Shown: piece by piece, positions 37,913 to 49,421 of the stretch
Layout: each line of letters starts with the position of its first letter
How positions within the stretch are numbered: position 1 is the stretch's first letter
Assembly: GCA_036012755.1 (NCBI GenBank)
Contig: DASCPX010000137.1
Coordinates: 64,001 to 128,000, forward strand
Origin: Myxococcota bacterium
Lineage (GTDB): Bacteria > Myxococcota_A > UBA796 > CAJQPC01
Length of the DNA stretch: 64,000 bases
Reading direction: 5' to 3'
Made by a program: the position numbers and the translations under genes
The notes under the pieces: generated by a model
Seen by the model: the letters and a program-made list of their open reading frames with translations, nothing else
Databases searched by the model: none
What the model was told of the DNA's origin: nothing

Positions 37913-39637
37913 TCAGAGACGCTTCCAGAGCTCGACCATGTCGACCTCGCCGTCGTAGGGGGTGTCCACCACCACCGCGGCCATCCCGCCGCCGTCCCAG
38001 CCGTCCGCGAGTTCGTCGCCTGCGATGTCGCTCACAGAGGCCCCGAGCTCGACGCGGCCGACGATGCGAGGGCTGCTCAGCTCGAAGGCAGCGAGGAGCT
38101 GTGTCTCGTCGACGGCCTTGGCCATCCACTCCGGAAGCGCAACGCCTCGGGTCAGGTCGATGCAGGCCCCGAGCGCCTCTTGTGCGACCTCGATGGCCGT
38201 CTTGCCCTCCGGCGCCGGCACGCCGCGAAGGACCTGGGCCAGGAGATCTGCTCGGACACGGCAGGAGGCGGTGATGCTCAGCTCGTGCTCGCCCTCGAGC
38301 GCGTCTGCGATCGGCAGGGCGCGCGCCTTGAGCGACAGGATGTCCGGGACCACGAGGTGCTCCTCCTTCCTGGGCAACTCCGCCGTGAAGCTGCGCTGGA
38401 GGGACGCGATCCCCGAGGTCGACAGCGCCGTGCCGACGTCCGTGGTGTCGCCCTCGCCGAGCAGCGCCCCCGCCGCCTGGAAGGCGTCGCCGAAGACGAG
38501 CTCCTCCGCGCGGCCCTCGCCGTCCTTGCTGAAGTCGGTGTTCAGGATCACCTCGACGCCGGGTCCAAGGTGCTCTTCTCCCGGGAGGATGTTGCCGACG
38601 AGGCGCGCCGACATCGCGCCGGCCTCATCGTGGTTTGCGGCGGAGAGGGCCTTCGCGAGCGCATCCATGCCCGGGACCAGGCCCATCAGGTGGATGCTGA
38701 CTTCCGTCGCCGCGGCGGCGCCGAAGCCCAGCTCGGCTCGAAGGCCTTCGCCAGCCGAGATCAGCTGCAGGTCGGCTCCGACAGAGGCCGCTGCGCTCAG
38801 CTTGGAGAGCACGCCGTCCTGATCCAGGACCTCGAGGACCTGCTCGGTCATGCCCGGCGCGGCGAAGGGCCCCGAAGAGGTCAGCACCGTGCTTGCCTCG
38901 AACTCGGCGCTGGCGTCTGCGGCGGCGAAGACGCGAGTCTCGCCGTGGCTGGGTGCGCGCTCTTCGAGGGTCCTCATCATCAGCGGCTCGAGCAGCGCTG
39001 TGATCGGAGTGCTCGGGCCGAGCATGAAGCAGGCCGCCACGCCGAGGGCGTGCAGGACCTCGCCAGGGTCCATGTCGATCTCGAAGGTCACGTGTTGGCC
39101 GATGCCGACCGCGCCGGAGGCCGATGCCTCGGCATGCTCCATCTCTTCGGCGTAGGTCTTCTTCACGGCGAGCTCGCGCGAGAGCTCGACTCGGCCTGCC
39201 TCCGCCGAGTCGCGGAAGAGCAGGGCTTGGGACTCCGCGGCCAGCGGGATCCCTTCGATCTTGCCCTTGACGTTGGCTCCGAACTCCACGCCCGTGCCCA
39301 CGCGCAGCATCATCTCGATGAGCTGGTGGGCGAGCTCGGCGCTCTCTGTGGCGATCTGCTGGCCGCTGTAGCGCATCACCTCTCGCGCGACGTCTTCGTT
39401 CTTGAGGGGGTCGAGCAGGACCAGCTGGCTCAACGGCAGGGCTGGGAGCAGCATCGGCGCGAGGTCTCCGAGCAGGTGCATCGCGTCTGCGATGGCCGGG
39501 GACTCTCCGGCGGACTGGATGCCCGTCGCCTCGAGCTCGGCGGCGTTCGACGTCTCGGTCGCCGCGGCGTGGGTCGCCTGTGTGTCCTGTTCTCTGTTGA
39601 TCGACTTCGCGGCGGCGGTGAGCAGTCCGATGGACAC
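37913..39637 (-). CDS. Hypothetical protein
   Basis: GGAGG SD before GTG; typical amino-acid composition; no motif recognised. Confidence 0.6.
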   Translation of the reverse strand: MSIGLLTAAAKSINREQDTQATHAAATETSNAAELEATGIQSAGESPAIADAMHLLGDLAPMLLPALPLSQLVLLDPLKNEDVAREVMRYSGQQIATESAELAHQLIEMMLRVGTGVEFGANVKGKIEGIPLAAESQALLFRDSAEAGRVELSRELAVKKTYAEEMEHAEASASGAVGIGQHVTFEIDMDPGEVLHALGVAACFMLGPSTPITALLEPLMMRTLEERAPSHGETRVFAAADASAEFEASTVLTSSGPFAAPGMTEQVLEVLDQDGVLSKLSAAASVGADLQLISAGEGLRAELGFGAAAATEVSIHLMGLVPGMDALAKALSAANHDEAGAMSARLVGNILPGEEHLGPGVEVILNTDFSKDGEGRAEELVFGDAFQAAGALLGEGDTTDVGTALSTSGIASLQRSFTAELPRKEEHLVVPDILSLKARALPIADALEGEHELSITASCRVRADLLAQVLRGVPAPEGKTAIEVAQEALGACIDLTRGVALPEWMAKAVDETQLLAAFELSSPRIVGRVELGASVSDIAGDELADGWDGGGMAAVVVDTPYDGEVDMVELWKRL

Positions 39638-39781
39638 GGGACCTCCAGGGGTGCCGTGCTCTTGTGCAGCTGATGTGCCGATCGTGATCTCGGGGACTTG
39701 GCCCCCAATCCGACGCCGGATCGACTGGGTGTCGACGGCAGTCCGTCAGCCTGTCGTCACCGGCTGTCACCCCCGCCGGGG

Positions 39782-41614
<1,833 letters not shown>

Positions 41615-41654
41615 GGCGCGCCCGGTTCACACGGCGCGGCCGGGTTGTCGAGGC

Positions 41655-41694
41655 TTGCCGGCACTCCATCAGCACATTAACATGTACATGTACA
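41655..41694 (+). promoter_or_regulatory. TA promoter with palindromic operator
   Basis: TTGCCG-17 bp-TAACAT; overlapping palindromes ACATGTACATGT (41680-91) and TGTACATGTACA (41683-94). Confidence 0.65.
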
Positions 41695-41710
41695 CATCTC
41701 GGAGGCTGGA

Positions 41711-41959
41711 ATGCTGGACCGCAGGCTCGTGGTGTTGTTGGAGGGGAGGGACCACAAGGCGCTGAAGCGGCTCGCCGCCTCGGAGGGACGCACCCTCGGA
41801 GATCTCGTCAGGACCGTGCTCCGCGACCACCTCGCGGAGTCACGCTCGCAGGGACCCACGCGGAAGGAAGCGGTCGCCTTTCTCTGTGGCGAGCGCGACA
41901 GCGGCTTCGACTGGTACGAACACAAGCGCGAGTACGAGGCCCGCTATGACGAGGACTGA
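41711..41959 (+). CDS. RHH/CopG-type antitoxin
   Basis: [31 protein letters not shown]; overlaps the PIN gene. Confidence 0.75.
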   Translation: MLDRRLVVLLEGRDHKALKRLAASEGRTLGDLVRTVLRDHLAESRSQGPTRKEAVAFLCGERDSGFDWYEHKREYEARYDED

Positions 41960-42380
41960 GGTTCTCGTCGACGCCAACGTCTTCATGTACGCCCTCGGAG
42001 GGCCCCACACCTACAGGGACCCCTGCCGGGCGATCGTGCGCAGCATGGGCTCGAGCGAGCGGGGCTGGGTGCCCGTGGTCGACGCGGAGCTCTTCCAGGA
42101 GATCGCCTATCGCTACCGGCGCTCCGGTCGCCCTGAGCTCGGGCTGGACATCCAGCGCGGCATCCTTGCCCTCGGGCTCCGCGTCGTGGCCATCGACGAG
42201 CGTGTCCTCGCCGAGTTCATCAGCCTCCAGCTGGGCCATCCCCAGGCCAGCGCGCGGGACCTGGTCCACGTCGCGGTGATGCAGTCGGAGGCCATCGACA
42301 GCATCCTCACCGCCGACCGGAGCTTCGAGAGCCTCGGCGTCACCCGGCTCGATCCGCTCGACTTCGCGAGCGGCCTGTAG
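41946..42380 (+). CDS. VapC-family PIN toxin
   Basis: LVDANVFMY, E.FQEI, RDLVHVAVM, ILTADRSF. Confidence 0.88.
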   Translation: MTRTEVLVDANVFMYALGGPHTYRDPCRAIVRSMGSSERGWVPVVDAELFQEIAYRYRRSGRPELGLDIQRGILALGLRVVAIDERVLAEFISLQLGHPQASARDLVHVAVMQSEAIDSILTADRSFESLGVTRLDPLDFASGL

Positions 42381-42951
42381 CCACCCGCAGGCGCAGGCCC
42401 ACCTCGCCCCCGGACCAGCGGGTGTCCAGGGGGCCGCCCTGGGGCACGAGGTGTGCGGTGGTGACGATCGAGGCGCCGAGGCCCAGTCCGGACCCGAGCT
42501 CGCGCTCCCACCCGAGCTCGGCGGAGATCCCCAGGCCGGGCTTGCGGGTGATGACGAAGCTGTCCGAGGTCCTGAACCGGATGCCGGCGAGGCCCAGGCC
42601 GGCTCCGGCATGAAGGCCCGGGCCGAAGCCGTACCTCATCGTCATGCCAGCGTGCAGCCCGGCCAGGCGTACGTTGGCCGGCGGGGCAAGGGCGCCGTCG
42701 CGGCGCTCGTCGGGGGAGGGGGCCCACCAGAGCTGTCCGAAACCCCACACGGAGATGTCCTCTGTGACGCCCATGCCGACCCCGGCGTGCACCAGCGGGG
42801 ACCAGCCCGCGATGACTTGACGGCCGGACCAGTTCGGGGGGTCGGAGACCACGGGGATCTCCGAGCGGGTCTGCGCGTAGCTCAGCCCGGCGCCGGCCTC
42901 TGCCAGCGGCTCCGCGGTGGCGACCGCACACAGGATCCCCATCAGGGTCAT
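42340..42951 (-). CDS. Hypothetical secreted protein, possibly a small beta-barrel
   Basis: Short signal peptide; alternating Gly/hydrophobic strands; ATGA overlap with the upstream gene. Confidence 0.5.
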   Translation of the reverse strand: MTLMGILCAVATAEPLAEAGAGLSYAQTRSEIPVVSDPPNWSGRQVIAGWSPLVHAGVGMGVTEDISVWGFGQLWWAPSPDERRDGALAPPANVRLAGLHAGMTMRYGFGPGLHAGAGLGLAGIRFRTSDSFVITRKPGLGISAELGWERELGSGLGLGASIVTTAHLVPQGGPLDTRWSGGEVGLRLRVATGRSRSRADRAG

Positions 42952-44786
42952 CGAGGCGTGATGACCCCTACCCAGAGCTTCTGAGCGAAGAAGAGGTCGA
43001 CCGCCGGGATCTCGATGTGGCCCATGTCGGCCTCTTCCTTGAGGATCGCGTGGGCCCGGTCGACGGTCATCGCGGACTTGTAGGGCCGGTCTCCTGCGCA
43101 GAGGGCGTCGAAGATGTCCGTGATGGTCATGATGCGCGCGCCGTAGGGGATCTGCGCCCCCTTGAGGCCCAGCGGGTAGCCCGTGCCGTCGAGCTTCTCG
43201 TGGTGTGCGTGGGCCAGCTCGGGCACGTTCTTGAGGTGGCGTGTCCAGGGGATGATCTTGAGGAAGTTGTAGGTGTGCGTGACGTGCCGCTCGATGGCGC
43301 GGCGCTCGTCCTCGTCCAGGCTCCCCCGCGGGATGCACAGCCGCGTGACGTCACGCGAGGTCAGGACGGATTCGTCCAGGGCGTCGATGTACCAGCGTTC
43401 GGCGATCTCGATCAGGGAGTCGACGTCCATCACCTTGAACTTGAAGCCCGGCTTGTTCATGCGCTGGATGTGGACGAGGTCGTCGTCGAGCTGGTGGAGG
43501 TTGACCTGGAGCTCCATGTCGTCGGCCTTCTGGCGACGGAGGAGCTCGAGTCGGGCCTGCATCGCCGCGAGCCGGAAGCGGCCTTCGATCTTCTCGAGCT
43601 CCCATGGGTAGAGCTTGTCCGCCTTCAGCAGCACCTGCTCCGGCACGCCGATCTTGCCGAAGTCGTGCAGCACGGAGGCGTAGTGAAGCTCCTCGAGCTC
43701 CGGGTTCGAGAAGCGGATCTCGCGGAAGTGCTTGTCGTCGCTGTCGTTGACCGCTTGGGCCAGCGCAGTCGTGAGCCGCGCGACCCGGTTGCTGTGACCG
43801 GCCGTGCTCGGATCTCGAGCTTCGATGACCGTCACCGCCGCGGTGACGAAGCTGTCGAAGAGGTTTCGGATGTCCGAGTAGAGCCGGTGGTTCTCCATCG
43901 CGACCGCGGCCTGGGAGGTGATGGAGCGGGCCAGGGCCGCGTCCCGATCGCTGAAGGGGAGCACGCGGTCGAAGCTGGCCAGCGGGATCCCGTGGACGGA
44001 CTTCCGGTTGTAGGTACCCAGCACGCCGATGACGGCCCCGTCCCGGTCCAGCATCGGCACCAACAGCGCGGACCTGGTCTTGTAGCCCAGGGCCTTGTCG
44101 TTCTGGTGGTTCAGCCGGTAGGGGGCGTTGGCGGGGACCCGGTCGAGGTCGTCGATCTTCAACAGCTGACCGCGGTTCGCCACGAAGCCTGCCAACGAGC
44201 TGTCGTCGATTGGCATCGCCTCGCGGTTCGGCTTGAAGTCGACGGTGTCGTTCTGGGCCGCAGCGAAGATGAGCTCGTCGCCTTCCTTCAGGAAGATGCT
44301 GCCACTGTCTGCCCGCAGCGCGCGGCGCGCGTGGGTCAGGATGCGGTGGAGCAGATCCTGGCTGTCGGTGATGGCGGAGAGCGCGAAGCCGATCTCGTTG
44401 AGGATCTGGACCGTCTCTCGTTCGTCGTGCATGCGCGATCGGAGGCGCTCGATGTCGACGAGGTTGCGTAGCGCTCGGCTCATGCGCAGGTCGACCTCGT
44501 CGGGTCGCACGATGTCGTAGCAGTCGAGGTCGTTTCGCGGAGAGATGGCGATCACCCGTCGACCGAGGCGCTGAGCGACCATCACCCGGGTGAGATCGAC
44601 GACGAGGATGCGCCCGGTCACGTCGGCTGGAGAGGCGAGGTCGACGGGGACGAACTGGGCGCCCGCGCGCTGGGCGCAGCCTTTCACGATGTTGGCGAAG
44701 GGCGAGGTCGCCGGCACCATGGCGACCTCGACGCGTGGGGCTTCACGCGTGGGGCGTGGGTTGACTGTCACCGCGGGGCCGCTCAC
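42948..44786 (-). CDS. GAF + HD-GYP phosphodiesterase
   Basis: GAF domain; TAGHSNRV, LHDFGKIG, HHEKLDGTGYP, DRPYK. Confidence 0.9.
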   Translation of the reverse strand: MSGPAVTVNPRPTREAPRVEVAMVPATSPFANIVKGCAQRAGAQFVPVDLASPADVTGRILVVDLTRVMVAQRLGRRVIAISPRNDLDCYDIVRPDEVDLRMSRALRNLVDIERLRSRMHDERETVQILNEIGFALSAITDSQDLLHRILTHARRALRADSGSIFLKEGDELIFAAAQNDTVDFKPNREAMPIDDSSLAGFVANRGQLLKIDDLDRVPANAPYRLNHQNDKALGYKTRSALLVPMLDRDGAVIGVLGTYNRKSVHGIPLASFDRVLPFSDRDAALARSITSQAAVAMENHRLYSDIRNLFDSFVTAAVTVIEARDPSTAGHSNRVARLTTALAQAVNDSDDKHFREIRFSNPELEELHYASVLHDFGKIGVPEQVLLKADKLYPWELEKIEGRFRLAAMQARLELLRRQKADDMELQVNLHQLDDDLVHIQRMNKPGFKFKVMDVDSLIEIAERWYIDALDESVLTSRDVTRLCIPRGSLDEDERRAIERHVTHTYNFLKIIPWTRHLKNVPELAHAHHEKLDGTGYPLGLKGAQIPYGARIMTITDIFDALCAGDRPYKSAMTVDRAHAILKEEADMGHIEIPAVDLFFAQKLWVGVITPR

Positions 44787-44917
44787 TAGGGGGAGAGGGT
44801 ACCGCGCCCATCAGCTCGTGGACACCCGGACTTCCGGGTTCGCGGCCCGTCGCCGGTGCCCATGCACGTCCACAGCCGCCGCGCTATCGGGGCGCCTCCA
44901 ACCAAGGGGTCGGTGTC

Positions 44918-46048
44918 ATGTCCAAGCGCATCCTCATCGCTGGGAGCGGTGGAATCGGTCGTGCGGTGGGCCTCCTGCTGCGCGAGCTCGGTGAGCTCGA
45001 CGTCGAACTCATCTTCGGCGACGCCGACCCCCAACAGGTCGCATCCGCTGTCGAGTTCGCTGGCGGCGGGGACAGCGTGGGCATTCCCTTCAACGGCTCG
45101 ACGCCGGAGCTCGACCGCGCGCTGGCCTCGGCGGATCTCGTGCTCGACTGCCTCCCGGGTGGGCAGGCGACGCGCGTCGCTGCCTGGGCCCTGGAGCATG
45201 GCTGCCACTACGCCAACCTCACCGAGTACGTCGCCCAGACCAACCTCATCCTGGAGATGACCCGAGAGGCCCAGACGGGCTTCGCGCTCCAGTGTGGGCT
45301 CGCGCCGGGCTTCGTGAACGTGCTCGGGAACAAGCTCTTCCAGGACTTCACGCGCCGCTTCGGGGTCGACAAAGTCGACGTGCTGAAGATGCGCGTCGGT
45401 GCGCTCACCCGCAACGCCGAAGCGCCTCACTTCTATGGCTTCACCTGGAGCCCCATCGGGGTCGCCACCGAGTACGTCAGGAACGCGGTCGTCGTGCGCG
45501 ACTGGAACCGGACGAGCCTCGACAGCCTCGCCGAGGTCCAGAGGTTGCTCATCGACGGCGTGCCCTACGAGGAGGCCACGACCTCTGGTGGGGCCGCGGA
45601 CATGCCGACGGCGCTGTCCGGGCGAGTCCGTCACCTCGACTACAAGACTCTTCGCTACCCGGGGCACTGGGCCTGGGTCCGTCGCCAGCTGGATGCGATC
45701 GGCGAGGTCCCCGACCGGGTCGCGCAGCTCCAGGACCGCATGCTCAGCGCGATCCCGCAGATGCAGGACGACATCGTCGTCATCTACGCCGCCTGCGAAG
45801 GCCGGACTCCCTCTGGTCGCAGACGCCTCGACGCTGCCTACAAGGTCTTCCCCATGGAGCTCGGCGGCCAGCGCCTCCGAGCCATCCAGTCGACCACCGC
45901 CGCGGGCCTCGCCGAGTGCGCGCGCATCCTGCTCACAGAGGACGTCCGGGGTGCCCTCCTGCAGAGCCAGCTCGGCTGCGAGGACTACCTGAACGGGCCC
46001 TACTGCTCTGCGGTGTACGGCCACCCGCTGAGCGAGCAGCTCGGGTAG
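44918..46048 (+). CDS. Saccharopine dehydrogenase family protein
   Basis: GSGGIG, CGLAPG, TWS..G..TEY, YKTLRYPGH. Confidence 0.88.
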   Translation: MSKRILIAGSGGIGRAVGLLLRELGELDVELIFGDADPQQVASAVEFAGGGDSVGIPFNGSTPELDRALASADLVLDCLPGGQATRVAAWALEHGCHYANLTEYVAQTNLILEMTREAQTGFALQCGLAPGFVNVLGNKLFQDFTRRFGVDKVDVLKMRVGALTRNAEAPHFYGFTWSPIGVATEYVRNAVVVRDWNRTSLDSLAEVQRLLIDGVPYEEATTSGGAADMPTALSGRVRHLDYKTLRYPGHWAWVRRQLDAIGEVPDRVAQLQDRMLSAIPQMQDDIVVIYAACEGRTPSGRRRLDAAYKVFPMELGGQRLRAIQSTTAAGLAECARILLTEDVRGALLQSQLGCEDYLNGPYCSAVYGHPLSEQLG

Positions 46049-46072
46049 GATTCTGCCTCTCAGGAGGTCTGT

Positions 46073-46792
46073 ATGAGCCGTCTTCAAGACCAGGTCGTGT
46101 GCATCACGGGTGCCGGGAGGGGCTTGGGCAAGGCCCTCACGCTCGCCTTCGACGCGGAGGGGGCGCGGCTGTCGCTGGCGGCGAGGACCGCTCCTGAGAT
46201 CGACGAGATCACCAGCGGGTGCCGCGATGCGATCTCGGTCCAGACCGACGTCCGGGTGCCCGGCGAGGTCTACGCCTTGGTCGAGGCCACCGTCGGCGAG
46301 TTCGGACGCCTGGACATCATGATCAACAACGCCGGCGTCGCCATCTACGGGCCGGTCGGCTCATACACGACGCAGGAGATCGACCAGATCATCGACACCA
46401 ACGTCAAGGGCGTGATCTTCGGCAGCCAGGTGGCGCTGGAGGCCATGAAGGCCCAGCGCAGCGGCTTCATCGTCAACATCGGCAGCATCGCGGGCAAGAT
46501 GCACCTCGTGAACGAGTCGGTCTACGTCGCGAGCAAGTGGGCCGTCACCGGGTACTCGGGGGTCTTGTGGCAGGAGGCGCGCAAGTTCGGCGTGCGCGTC
46601 TGCAACGTCTGCCCAGGCGGGATCGACACCTCGTTCTGGAAGACACAGGAGTTCCTGCCCTTCCCGGACCGCTTCGATCCCGAGCGCGACTTCCTGAAGC
46701 CCGAGCTCATCGCTCAGAGCATCATCGAGCTCGTCTGCCAGCCGGCGTCGACCTGCACCTCCGAGCTGGTGATCCAGCCGGTGCTGTTCTGA
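46073..46792 (+). CDS. SDR family oxidoreductase
   Basis: TGAGRGLG, NNAG, YVASK. Confidence 0.92.
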   Translation: MSRLQDQVVCITGAGRGLGKALTLAFDAEGARLSLAARTAPEIDEITSGCRDAISVQTDVRVPGEVYALVEATVGEFGRLDIMINNAGVAIYGPVGSYTTQEIDQIIDTNVKGVIFGSQVALEAMKAQRSGFIVNIGSIAGKMHLVNESVYVASKWAVTGYSGVLWQEARKFGVRVCNVCPGGIDTSFWKTQEFLPFPDRFDPERDFLKPELIAQSIIELVCQPASTCTSELVIQPVLF

Positions 46793-47163
46793 TGGAGGTC
46801 CCCCTCCCACTGGGGGACGTGCTCGATCGCATCACCATCCTCCGCATCAAGGTCCGCCGCATCGAGGACGTCGCCAAGCGCCTCCACGCTCGCCGCGAGC
46901 TGAAGCTGCTCGAGCGCCGCTGGTCGATGCTCGGCTACGGTCGCCTCCCCGAGGAGGGCGAGCTCGAGGGCGTCAACGAGATGCTGTGGGAGGTCGAGGA
47001 TCGCCTCCGCGCGATGGAGGCGAGACAGGACTTCGACGAGGACTTCGTCGAGGCCGCTCGGAGTGTCTACCGGCTCAACGATCGTCGGGCGGCGCTGAAA
47101 GCAGCCGTCAACGAGGCCCTCGACTCCGAGCTGGTAGAGGTGAAGAGCTACCACTCCTACTGA
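46792..47163 (+). CDS. DUF6165-like protein
   Basis: GDVLDRITILRIK..LWEVED..ARSVYRLNDRRAALK..EVKSY. Confidence 0.75.
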   Translation: MEVPLPLGDVLDRITILRIKVRRIEDVAKRLHARRELKLLERRWSMLGYGRLPEEGELEGVNEMLWEVEDRLRAMEARQDFDEDFVEAARSVYRLNDRRAALKAAVNEALDSELVEVKSYHSY

Positions 47164-47809
47164 AGCGACCCACCAGCAACAGCAGGAGCGCCCCGAAGCC
47201 AAAGGACAGCGGGTTCACGTGGCTGCAGCCCGCGTCCTCCGTCGCCGCGACGTCCCCGTCTTCGGGACCCACGCTCTTGTCGGGGGCCTTGCTCTTGGCG
47301 CCCCCTTCTTCCAGGCGGCAGCTGGTCGCGCTGGCCTCGGCGACCCGGTAGACGTCCAGGCGCTCGTCGGGTGTGCCGATGATCGCGCTGGTGACGGTGG
47401 AGATCGTGGTTCCGCAGGCGACGCGGGACTCCGGCACGGCGTAGGTCGGCTCGAAGCGGCTGATGTGCGCGCAGCCGATGCCCTGCTCGCAGAGCTCCTC
47501 CTGGCGCCGGACGTCCTCTGCCGTGACCGTCGCCCAGGCGTCGTAGTCGGCGCGGGTCATCAGGTACATGGTGGCGCTGCCCATGCCCGAGCTGCGCGAG
47601 GCGCCGTTGGCGAGCCGGGCTTCGTTGGACTCGTGGTCGAAGACCCGGTAGGCGGACAGCTCGCCATCACCCGCGTCCTGCATTGCGAGCAAGACGATGT
47701 CCGGGTGCGCCTCGAGCCCCTCGATCCGCAAGCTGTGGGTGATGTGTTTCTTGCCCGTCGGGGCGTCAGGGATGATGTCGGCCAGGGCGAGGGAGCAGAG
47801 CAGCAGCAT
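47108..47809 (-). CDS. Secreted protein with GC-TM-basic sorting-like tail
   Basis: MLLLCSLALA-DI; AGCS..FGALLLLLVGR. Confidence 0.6.
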   Translation of the reverse strand: MLLLCSLALADIIPDAPTGKKHITHSLRIEGLEAHPDIVLLAMQDAGDGELSAYRVFDHESNEARLANGASRSSGMGSATMYLMTRADYDAWATVTAEDVRRQEELCEQGIGCAHISRFEPTYAVPESRVACGTTISTVTSAIIGTPDERLDVYRVAEASATSCRLEEGGAKSKAPDKSVGPEDGDVAATEDAGCSHVNPLSFGFGALLLLLVGRFSRSGSSSPLPARSRGPR

Positions 47810-47815
47810 GGGTGC

Positions 47816-47825
47816 ATCGTAAGCT
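47816..47825. promoter_or_regulatory. Overlapping bidirectional -10 elements
   Basis: TACGAT (minus) and TAAGCT (plus) share TA; each lies 6 nt from its start codon. Confidence 0.6.
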
Positions 47826-47831
47826 CGATGG

Positions 47832-48455
47832 GTGCTCCTGATTGGCCTCGTGTTCGCGGAACCGGTCCACCTCGTCGCCGTCGACGCCCACGGGCGAGTC
47901 GTCGAGGAGGCTGTGTGGACAGCGGAGGCGGGAGAGGTGGCGCGAACCGGTGACGGGACGGTGGAGCTGCCACCTGGTCACCACCGCCTCGCGGTCAGCG
48001 CCGAAGGCTTCTTCGGGGCCACCGTCGATCTGGACGTCCGGGCAGGAAAGACCGGGGAGATCCAGGCCGTGCTGGATGCCTCGATGGTGACCTTGGAGGA
48101 GCGGCGCATCGTCATCCACGACGCGATCTACTTCGAGACCAACAAGGCCATCATCAAGCCGGAGAGCCACGATCTCTGCCGGCAGATCGCCCGGCTGATC
48201 GTGGAGCATCCCGAGCTGCGGCTCGTCAGCGTGGAGGGGCACGCCGACGCTCGGGGCACAGAGGACTTCAACCTCGAGCTGTCCACCCGTCGCGCTGCGG
48301 CGGTGGTCGACTTCCTCGTCGGCCAGGGAGTGAGTTCCGAGCGTCTGCAGTCCCGCGGCTGGGGCGAGCTCCGCCCTGTGGTCGAGGGAGTCGACGAGGA
48401 GGCCTGGTCCCAGAACCGGCGAGTCGAGTTCCTGGTGGTCGAGCGCGCCGACTGA
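47832..48455 (+). CDS. OmpA family protein
   Basis: IYFETNKA, VEGHADARG..NLELSTRRAAAV, NRRVEF. Confidence 0.9.
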   Translation: MLLIGLVFAEPVHLVAVDAHGRVVEEAVWTAEAGEVARTGDGTVELPPGHHRLAVSAEGFFGATVDLDVRAGKTGEIQAVLDASMVTLEERRIVIHDAIYFETNKAIIKPESHDLCRQIARLIVEHPELRLVSVEGHADARGTEDFNLELSTRRAAAVVDFLVGQGVSSERLQSRGWGELRPVVEGVDEEAWSQNRRVEFLVVERAD

Positions 48456-48507
48456 CACCGCCCTGATACCGGCCGGCCGGGATCGGGCGTCACCTTGGAG
48501 AGCGGTG

Positions 48508-49383
48508 ATGGGTTCCCTCCTGCTCTTTGCGTGCCGCGCTCCGGTCGAGGACCAGATCCCGGCGGACGCGGAAGCTGCGCTCGCCAGCTGCGACGTCTCG
48601 GAGGAGCGAGCCGCGGTCGCCACGGCCAGCGCCGAGTTCGAGGTGCCCGTCTGCCTGCACGCCGTCTGGCCGAGCGAAGGAGCCGCCGAGCGCCGCTTCG
48701 ACGACGAGCTCGCGGAGGGCACGGAGAACCGCCACATCGACCGGGTCAACCGCCTGCTGCGCGGGGCCCCCAACGGCGAGGACGACGAGCGCACGCTGGA
48801 CACGGGGATCCAGCTCGTGCTCGCGAGTCTCGAGGTCCACGCCGACAAGGAGCTCGTCGAGCTCGGGGATGTCGCCGACCACCAGGTGGCGCTCGAGACC
48901 CTCGGCGCGACCTGGAACCGGTCTGGCTGTGTGAACGTCTACGTGCTCTTCAACGACGACGCTGTCTGGGACGGAGCCTTCGCCAGCTACCCGGGCCGAC
49001 CGGAGCTCGGAGGCATCGTCACGGTCAACCAGCCCGACGAGCGCAGGCTGGCCCACGAGTGGGGACACGTGCTCGGGCTGCGCCACACCCACGAGGAGGG
49101 CTACGGCGCGGAGTGGGAGGGCGACTGCGACGTCACCGGCGACCTGCTGTGCGACACCCCCGCCGATCCCGGCCCGGAGCGCTGCCGCCAATGGAACGAC
49201 AGCGACGCGGAGGTCAGCTGGGTCGAGTGCCCCGAGCGCTTCGCCTCGATCGAGGACGAGGTCCCGCTCGACAACCTCATGTCCTACTGGGAGCCCCCCT
49301 GGACCTCGCAGGGCTTCAGCTCCGAGCAGATCGAGCGCATGCACTGCACCTGGAGGCAGGGCCAGGAGCTGATCGTTCCATAG
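48508..49383 (+). CDS. M43-like zinc metalloprotease lipoprotein
   Basis: AHEWGHVLGLRHTH, GDLLCDTP, NLMSY, FS..QIERM. Confidence 0.85.
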   Translation: MGSLLLFACRAPVEDQIPADAEAALASCDVSEERAAVATASAEFEVPVCLHAVWPSEGAAERRFDDELAEGTENRHIDRVNRLLRGAPNGEDDERTLDTGIQLVLASLEVHADKELVELGDVADHQVALETLGATWNRSGCVNVYVLFNDDAVWDGAFASYPGRPELGGIVTVNQPDERRLAHEWGHVLGLRHTHEEGYGAEWEGDCDVTGDLLCDTPADPGPERCRQWNDSDAEVSWVECPERFASIEDEVPLDNLMSYWEPPWTSQGFSSEQIERMHCTWRQGQELIVP

Positions 49384-49421
49384 CTCCCGCGCAGCACGAT
49401 CAGGCGGGCTAAGGTCTCTGT

